Positions 56,501-64,000 of a DNA stretch of 64,000 bases are shown piece by piece (positions within the stretch are counted from its first letter, which is position 1; each line of letters begins with the position of its first letter). A program made the position numbers and the translations under genes. The DNA is from Antedon mediterranea (Eukaryota; Animalia; Echinodermata), in contig NC_092674.1 in assembly GCF_964355755.1 (NCBI RefSeq), positions 28,396,001 through 28,460,000 on the forward strand, given 5' to 3'. The notes beneath the pieces were generated by a model. It had not been told where the DNA came from, searched no databases, and worked only from the letters and a program-made list of their open reading frames with translations.

Positions 56501-59500
56501 GGTATATCTAACAAGTATAGATAACATTCTTTACGCAAAACAACTTTTAAGACCATGGGTAACAACATGAAGCCTGGTGGAGCATTTAAATTCCAAGCTC
56601 CAGGCAGTGGCGTAACGGCTTTGAGCGCTCACTGGCTAAACCCAGGGGCCCCAAAGCTTATGGGGTCCCTGAGAAGTGCCAAGAGGAACAAAACTGGCAT
56701 TAAAATATCTCGAAGGGCCACTGAGGATTCCTAAACCAGGGGCCTTAGTCATCTGCGTTACGCCACTGGCTCCAGGGTTCAAGCCTGACCTGGTCAGAGT
56801 TGTGTGACTCATGACTCTTTCTAAAGGTTTTCACTGTTGGACGGATGCGTGTGTGTATGTGTAATTGGACATAGTGAAGGTCCTCGTGTTAAAGCATGGA
56901 TTAAATCAAACGTGTAACTGTTACTTACATAGATGACAGATACCAACTCATATAGTTAGCTGGTTGGCGGGTTATCCATCGGAATCGCTGATGGAACTTA
57001 TGATCTTCTGAAGATTCTCTCTGCAAACCTTCAGAAATAATAAACGATTAATATAAACTTGATGATGATGATGATGATGAAACCCTATTATTATTCGCGG
57101 TACTAGACGTACCATTTATTTTGTATCACCAGAATAATATAGAGTATTTCTTTTACAAGAATATTTCTATAAGTATAATCTAAATAATCATAATGAACGG
57201 AAAACATGGTATTTGAAACAAAATGGGTTATGCAACGAACCGAAGCTCAATTACCCTTTAAATAATATCTAATTAGCAAATAAAACAATAAAAGTACAAA
57301 TATCAAATAGAAATGAAATGTAACAAAAGTTAACTCAACATGAGTGACTATTTATTTATTAATAGTTTTCTTTCTTAAAATTTTAGTTTCACACTTATTT
57401 TAGAAACGTGAATATATGGGTACAAATGCAGATCAAAATGGACGATATCACCGAATGAACACGTCTTCTTACCTATAGGGATATATCCACCTATGATATC
57501 CGGTACTTCAGAAAGCAGCAATGAATGTACAAACTGCATTTCATCATGTGAACGTATGTTAGAGATATTACCATCGTGTGTGTTTATACAATAGTGATAT
57601 GCTTGATACCAAGTGATAGGATCTTGTTGCCTTTCTAGTAGATAGCATTGGTCATTGTACTTCGTCCATTTTTCTGGACAGGAACCTAAAAGACACAAAT
57701 TAATTCAATGTAAGGACGTAAAGCAACACAGTATGGTTTCCAATCACAAGCGACGTATCTTTCTAACTCTTGCTTGTGATTGGTCAAATTACTTTTGTTG
57801 CACGTATACGTCATTGAGTTGCGTCATTTGGGAAAATGTGCGTAATTCAGCCCAGTTAGACTACAGGGCAAATGTCATCTATGCATATATACAAAATAAA
57901 TGCATATCAACAAATTAAAGCAGTAGGACCACTAACAGCCGTGACAGAACTTTGCAAGTCTACCTGTCTACCAACTAGTTTAAAGAAAGTGCGATGTGCC
58001 CAAATATGCATCATCGTGTCCATATATTGTCACATCACATTGTTGTCACATAAAGTTTGATAGTGTAGACAGCGCTTTATAGGTAATGTTTGATACATTA
58101 AAAACAATACCTTTAACGTTCTTGTCAATCAATTCTGGTTGAAACGTTCTTGTCGTATAACGAATCACGAATCCATTTCCTGCCGAATTTTCACCAACCT
58201 TCTTGTATATTACACGTAAAAAATGAGTAAGCGAGTCAAACTGCTCGTCACCTCTGCATACTTTAGGATTTACCACATTTCCGTCAGTCTCACCATTTCT
58301 TAAAATCGAAAACTCCAGTGATGCTTCCGAGTCTACCTCGCATGACCCATTTAAGCCTAGATCGAAGTAAATGACGTCGATATGAACGTATGAACCAACA
58401 GGCACCTCAATCTCCCATTGTATCTCAACACGTTTGAATTGATGTGGGTACATGTATGACGCAATCAATGCACTTGGCATATTACAGGTGTGTATACAGT
58501 CGTCGCATCCACTTCCAAATTCACAACCTGGAGTATCTATAACAAAAAATGTATAAATCCAAAGGTAAATTACTGAAAATAATGACAATGCTGTGGGTAT
58601 CAGTGGCTGGATCTCTATGGAGATACAAAATAAAATAAGCAAAAAAAAAGCTAAATCAAAACGATAAAGTAAAACAGCCAGAAAAATTAGCAGAGCTTTC
58701 GGGCAACACTAGCCCTTTATCAGTGTAAACAAAATGTATATAAATATTTGTAACGCAAGGGTTAATACTAATACTGTGCACCTAAATGAGATCAATATCT
58801 GTCTGCACGTTTTGGGAAGACTAGGCGTTCATCAAGGTAAACGCGTTTTTATTGCTGTTGGGAAGACTAGGCGTTCAAGGTAAACGCGTTTTTATTGCTG
58901 TTGGGAAGATTAGGCGTTCAAGGTAAACGCGTTTTTATTGCTGTTGGGAAGATTAGGCGTTCAAGGTAAACGCGTTTTTATTGCTGTTGGGAAGATTAGG
59001 CATTCAAGGTAAACGCGTTTTTATTGCTGTTGGGAAGATTAGGCGTTCAAGGTAAACGCGTTTTTATTGCTGTTGGGAAGATTAGGCGTTCAAGGTAAAC
59101 GCGTTTTTATTGCTGTTGGGAAGACTATAGGCGTTCAAGATAAACGCGTTTTATTGCTGTTGTGTAGACTAGGCGTTCAAGATAAACTCGTTTTATTGCT
59201 GTTGCTTAGACTAGGCGTTCAAAATAAACGCGTTTTATTCCATTTGCGTAGACGTTCAAGATAAATGTATGCGTTCATTGCTCGTATCGTACGATCAGAC
59301 GTCCACCGTTCATTTCTTCCATACAAACCTCGCGCTCTACACTCCTATACAAGGCGTGTGTACAATACTTACCCACTGTAAAATAATCCGCCTCAAAATA
59401 GCTCTCACTTTCTCCATCTTTAACTGTCAGTATTATAACCACTGTATAATTGGATGACCTCACGTGTGGCATCTTATCCCCGCATCTTTTTCCAGTTAAA

Positions 59501-61882
59501 GTTTGACGACGAAACGCGTTATCCATCACTTCCAAACTGTCTTCGTCACATTCGCCTAAGTGGTTGGATTCTGGCTTGATGTTAAACAGTTTAAACTGAA
59601 TTTCAATGTATTTAGTTGTTTCAGTCGTGATGATGTATCTGTAGGTAGTCTGTGCCCACACATGGTGAAAAACATCTGACGATATGGTACCATTGGTTGA
59701 GCTGTAAACTGATTCATCAGAAACACATACACAATTATTAGTAATGTACCACACCCATTCAATTTATTTATATTAAGGAGCTTTCGATATGGGACGACCT
59801 ATGACCTAAGACCAAGTTACGTCATGCAAGTCATTGTAGCATGCGCGCGCCTGGAAAGTGATTCTTCAACAAAAGTTGTGCCGGATGTAAAATTCGTCCT
59901 GGTCCGACACAAATTGAACAATCTCTAGTATGAATATTACATTACTTACAATTTTCTGTAGGAATGGGACACCCATACATCGTAAAATCAAAAACGGCCA
60001 TACGTGACGGTGCTGTCTTAATATTTAGTTGGAGAATATACGCAAAAATCGGCACATCAAAAACAAATACAGCAACACCGTTCTCAAAATTCTGCAAAGA
60101 AAACGACGATAAAATACGATTACTGTTACTACTATTTAATGGCTAATTATTTGTAAAACAATTCTTTTTAAAACGTATTTAATATGCTATTGGAAGTAAC
60201 GTATTGGAATTAATGTATCATGTGACTGGAGAATAACGTTTTGAATGATATTAAGACGAATGTCGCCCATCATATTTGTAATCCCGGGTAATATTTGGCG
60301 TCCAGCTAAGAACAGTCCTACTGCCCGAACCGAATTTATCCAGGCTGGACCAATTTTGGAGGCCAATTGGTCCAATTTGACAGGTTGTTAGCCATGGTCC
60401 CCGGACAGATATCGCACGCTGTCATTGTTAAGTATAACACTGAATTTTAACAAGTTAGGCCCTACTTCTTTAAAATATGTGAATCAAAAGAGATTTATTC
60501 GCGCCGCGGCTCTAGCCTGCAGCTATGTCCCATGAGGACATGTTCATTAATAAGCTGTTTCATAGCGGTAGCTTTAGTATCTAAGGCCGACAGTTTTGCG
60601 AATTTGCAAACTCGACTATAATTTATAGGTCCCAGCTGCTGGACCCAAAAAACGTCTGGGAAAAGAGAGTCTATGAGGGCTCACGGTTGAACGATTTTGG
60701 ATTCTTGCCCTTTGATTGGTTGACAGATTGAGGAAGAATTTTTACTTGTACCACCGTGAGGGTGTTCAGTTGCATGCCTACAGTTCAGGTTGAGGGCACA
60801 CACAAACAGGCTTCAGCACATTAAAGTTAAAAATATACCATTTTTAAATGTCATTTTTGAATTAGTAGATTAATATTAATTTGTTGGAAAATAATACATT
60901 GTTGGTACACATGTCTTCTTTCAAATGCTGTGTATACAATTAGCTAGTGAAAAAATGGGCATGTGATTCATAATTAAAGAAATAACTGTGATTTGTATAT
61001 ATCTTTGCGATTAAATGACATCTTTTTAATAATTAATCATAAATTAATCAAAAGAACAATGATTAATTTTAAAATGTCAAGCGGCGTTTTCTTGTTTACC
61101 TTTGTTATGCCTCTGTTATATATCAAAGACTCGTTGAAAATGTGTCCATTTTGACTTAAATTCAAACGACTTATTTCTATGTTGGTAATTTCTGGGAGGC
61201 CTAGGCACTGTTTGAAACGGATGCCCGTTACCACGTACAACCGGTCCAAGTTGGCCCTCAAAAGGTGATGGCCTGTACCATTTGTCTCAAAATCACAGTG
61301 TGTCTGAGTGCTGGGAATACCATCGCCATCGATTGATGCAGTTACGGCATCTCTTTGTAAACCAACAGGTTCGGGAAAACTACCTGAAAAATATTGCAAA
61401 AAATACCATTTGTATCGTACTGTTCGCTGGAACGCGACGAAAGGACGTACTCGCAACGGAAGACCTATCACGCACCATGGATCATAATTCATCGCTTAGT
61501 AAATTACTTGTGTTAAGTTGCGCTTACCTTTTGCGTTGCGTTTGGTACTGGGGAAGTCATTTGACCAAGCAATGTCGAAATTACTAGATTTGCGCGTCCT
61601 CGTAGGAACAAATTAGTGTTAATGACGTCTACTTATGAAACGCAATTGACGACACGAATTTCTTTCGATTTTTAAATTTCAAGAACGCAAAGCTTTGACT
61701 TTATTATCAACCACTGAACGCGCGCATTAGGCCTACAAAAAGTAACAGTTGGTTGTATAACTTAAATAATAAATCAACCTTCAATAAAACTCACAATTCA
61801 GTTCTTTAGCAGCAGAAGTTACACATAACATTACAAAAACCAAGAGGTATACTAAGCGGTCTTGACTCGTAAACTGCTCCAT
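47592..61882 (-). CDS. GRL101: GRL101-like (LGR type C2) GPCR, ~1469 aa, 23 coding exons: 61795-61882, 61100-61383, 59950-60091, 59373-59708, 58111-58536, 57473-57685, 56929-57028, 56341-56507, 55624-55806, 55128-55229, 54874-54996, 54270-54392, 53631-53786, 53222-53338, 52619-52735, 52149-52266, 51729-51806, 51519-51590, 50776-50841, 50127-50195, 48817-49841, 48060-48293, 47592-47662
   Basis: Signal peptide MEQFTSQDRLVYLLVFVMLCVTSAA; discoidin/FA58C-like domain (C..PVGLQ..VTAS..LRANLDRLYVVTGI..FDVPIFAY..MYGC); two CUB exons; C-type lectin (CPEKWTKYNDQCY..WRDIAC..YVFCQK); seven LDLa exons; LRRNT CPPSCTCSG; four 66-78-nt phase-2 LRR exons; hinge KFCC..CYPEEDPFSSCKELM; 7TM with NLAVSDLFMGVYL, DRF, FTDMACWLP, LPLNSALNPYLYT. 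All phases are compatible (4410 nt). Confidence 0.9.
47816..47997. mobile_element. Family A MITE (third subtype); similar copies at ~10292-10453 and ~33510-33637
   Basis: TGCTTGGTTCCCACTAGAGACGCAAC...CCTAGTGGGAACCAAGCT. Confidence 0.75.
50309..50748. mobile_element. Foldback-type MITE with long (~70 bp) imperfect terminal inverted repeats
   Basis: AAAAATAGTGTTTACATCTTAACCATCTATTTTGTACCCACTTTTTCCACACATTTAGCCT versus AGGCTAAATGTGTGGGAAAAGTGGATACAAAATATATGTTTAAGATCTAAACACTATTTTT. Confidence 0.7.
50941..51452. repeat. Exact 256-bp tandem duplication (50941-51196 / 51197-51452)
   Basis: The two copies are identical by eye; each includes a decayed family A MITE. Confidence 0.9.
51905..52056. mobile_element. 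Older hAT-type MITE copy, inverted relative to the copy at 56605
   Basis: CAGAGGCGTTACG...CATTAACGTCACTG; internal similarity to 56605-56768; no TSD retained. Confidence 0.55.
52790..52968. mobile_element. Intact 179-bp family A MITE with TAA TSD; a long-subtype copy lies at ~52398-52586
   Basis: TAA-AGCTTGGTTCCCACTAG...CTAGTGGGAACCACGCT-TAA. Confidence 0.9.
53866..54165. repeat. Degenerate short-period repeat built on TGACGCTTT/ATGCAC
   Basis: More than 10 occurrences of (T)GACGCTT at ~20-bp spacing. Confidence 0.75.
56605..56768. mobile_element. hAT-type MITE, 164 bp, 8-bp TSD GCTCCAGG
   Basis: GCTCCAGG-CAGTGGCGTAACG...CGTTACGCCACTG-GCTCCAGG. Confidence 0.85.
57962..58075. mobile_element. 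MITE family B copy, decayed
   Basis: Right TIR AGTTTGATAGTGTAGACAGCGCT and family B internal sequence. Confidence 0.65.
58688..58730 (-). ncRNA. Degenerate minimal hammerhead ribozyme (Penelope-type remnant)
   Basis: Minus strand TTTACA-CTGATAA-A-GGGC-TAGTGTT-GCCC-GAAA-GC-TC/TG; the core reads CTGATAA instead of CTGATGA. Confidence 0.5.
58811..59265. repeat. 43-bp minisatellite (TTGGGAAGATTAGGCGTTCAAGGTAAACGCGTTTTTATTGCTG), about 10 copies
   Basis: Directly visible; explains ORF 59067-59264. Confidence 0.95.
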
Positions 61883-61922
61883 TTCAAATGCATTGAAACA
61901 AGACGTGACTGTTGTTATATAA

Positions 61923-62345
61923 AGCTTGGTTCCCACTAGCGACGCAGCGCAATCTCAGCAACGTAAGGAAATGCCCTTCCATTAATTGTGTTTGCCCCCG
62001 CCTGCGTGAAATCAAACCTGCGATGTTTGAAGCACTGTTGCGTTGTCGGTTCCCACTTGCGATTACGCAATACATCACTTTGCGTCAATACGTCGCTGCG
62101 TTATGTTGCGTTCGAGTGGGAACCACGCTTAAGCGTGGTTTCCACTAGCGACGCAAGGCAAGGACGTAACGCAACGCAAGTGAATTGACCAACCACAAGC
62201 GATGTCTTATTCGCTTGTGATTGGTAACTGTCTATAACTTCGCTTGTCATTGGTTAAAACGCTTGTGTTGCGTTTACGTCCTTGCGTTACGTTCTAGTGG
62301 GGAACCAAGCTTTACGTTGCGTTGCGTTCTAGTGGGAACCACGCT
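61923..62345. mobile_element. Stacked family A MITEs (61923-62129, 62132-62311, extra right end to 62345)
   Basis: Family A TIRs; begins just upstream of the acceptor (61909-61910) of the GRL101 start-codon exon. Confidence 0.85.
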
Positions 62346-63440
62346 TTAGATATTACATTAATCAGATTGGATACCCACCCATGTAATTATGGGTATTTTT
62401 TCCGGTATATAACTGACGTATTATAAACTAATGTCATGTGACAGCAACGCACACGACGTTTATTTTTCAAATAAATTGTTATCACGTTATAAGTTTTAGT
62501 TTTCATCAGAGAAACTTAAACACAATGATATCTGAGACAACAATTTTCTCATAATACATCAGCAATTGGCATGAGTGTACAATGTGTTTAAACGCATGTC
62601 TCATCGTATGCAAATAGTCCAGGTCCCTATGTCAACAAAGGTGCCTTCGTGTGCAGATCATGGGGAAAGTGTAAACATTGTGTTTATGAATATTTCAATC
62701 ATGCTGGTTATAAAAACCCATGTTGTTAAATTTCTAAAATTCATCTTTGACCTCTGACCTCAATTTGAATGTTTTTACCCATTGAAAATAAAATGGTCAT
62801 ATCTTTGCAACGCCTAGATTAAATGAAATGCTTTTAGTGTCAAATTACTTGGGAGATGCATATTAATATTCGTTCTAATGGAAAAGTTGACAAGGCAAAG
62901 ACAAGACAACGCTGAAATGGGAACACAATCAATTACAGAACAATGGATTCGAATATTTTACTGATAAATTAAATAATAATCGAATTTGTTTATAAGATTC
63001 GATTCAGACAGTGCCCACAGGTATTATAATGTTTGGTGGATGCACTGCTTGAAACTTAATAGGCCTAAAGATCTTTACATTACGCTGTCACATATTAGTC
63101 AATAACTGTCAGCGATCAATCAGTGTTCTTATTTGAATGAACAACTCATCATAAACGATCACATTGCAAATTTCAATTTACTGCAATACCAAATGTACCA
63201 GTTTTTCTCGGGTTTCCTTTTTAGAAGGAAAGGGGTTTAATATAACATGCGACTTACATAAACAAACGCACGAAATTCTCCATTAGTCCACCTGAAATAT
63301 GACTGTTGAAATAAGTGCGACGCTGACATGTGACCAATCAGTAAGACTTGTTCGACAATTACAATAGAGACAATACAGAAGATTATTTTACGAATTTTAC
63401 ACCGACACGTGAACAATCAGCAAGCTAAATAATTATTTGA

Positions 63441-63563
63441 TTTTTAGTCGCGTGCAACGCGACTCTACATCTCACTATGTCGGTCGGTTGGTCGGATGGT
63501 TGGATGGTCGACTGGTAAACTCAAATTTGAGCACTCGACTGCAGTCATGTATGTGGCCTTGTA
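63441..63563 (+). mobile_element. Helentron-associated (HINE/DINE-like) short element
   Basis: TTTTT-AGTCGCGTGCAACGCGACT hairpin, (GGTC/GGTT/GGAT) microsatellite, and CGACT...GGCCTTGT-ATTTTT end in a T-rich site. Confidence 0.55.
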
Positions 63564-63634
63564 TTTTTAAAGATTGCGCTATACGGTGCTGGATTTCGCC
63601 AAAGAAAATATAAGAGCAATGTCCCGCGCGCCTT

Positions 63635-63759
63635 AAGCGTGGTTCCCACTAGAACGCAACGCAACGACGTATCGACGCAAGGTGCTGTATTTGCGTAATC
63701 ACAAGTGGGAACCGACCACGCAATAGTACTGAAAACATCGCAGGTTTGATTTCACGCAG
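63635..63759. mobile_element. Left half of a family A long-subtype MITE, interrupted by other sequence
   Basis: TTA-AGCGTGGTTCCCACTAGAACGC...GATTTCACGCAG, then unrelated sequence. Confidence 0.75.
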
Positions 63760-64000
63760 ACCGATAGGCTCAACACAGGCGTAGCAGTGCGTACAGCGTA
63801 GGGCATATCTGATTGGTCGATTGCAGCAGCCATCTTGTTGGTTCCCTCTCCATGGAGAATCACTTTTTGAACTGCAATTACATTACAGATTCCCATCCAG
63901 CTTTCGGCTATTACAGATCACTGTAAAACATCGCAACCACGACCACGTCGCGAAGTCGAGTTGTAAGCAAAGTGCACCCTCTATAAAGTTAAGGTAGAAG

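Noticed and set aside
59709-59720. Non-canonical TG acceptor for the first CUB exon
   Set aside because: A canonical CAG acceptor at 59709-59711 gives the required phase 1

Overview
AT-rich, intron-rich animal genomic DNA. An invertebrate deuterostome such as an echinoderm is my inference from gene content and repeat types. Five spliced protein-coding genes were reconstructed by hand, each with GT-AG sites and consistent intron phases: (1) the 5' part of TBC1D19 (minus, runs off the left edge); (2) a cholecystokinin/sulfakinin-type receptor (plus, 411 aa), head-to-head with TBC1D19, the same arrangement as human CCKAR-TBC1D19; (3) a 126-aa ankyrin-repeat-only protein (minus); (4) kynurenine/alpha-aminoadipate aminotransferase AADAT (minus, 426 aa); (5) a 23-exon, ~1469-aa GRL101/LGR-type-C2 GPCR with signal peptide-discoidin-CUB-CUB-C-type lectin-7xLDLa-LRR-7TM architecture (minus). 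Non-coding DNA holds stacked and nested PIF/Harbinger-type MITEs, a hAT MITE, and a P-superfamily element with 31-bp TIRs and a 7-bp TSD. It also holds several 27-34-bp P-like palindromic footprints, a Penelope GIY-YIG remnant with a minimal hammerhead ribozyme, LINE/SINE fragments and minisatellites, one of them a tRNA-Ala(AGC)-derived tandem array. Most ORFs in the supplied track are spurious (repeat-derived, antisense, or exon read-through).
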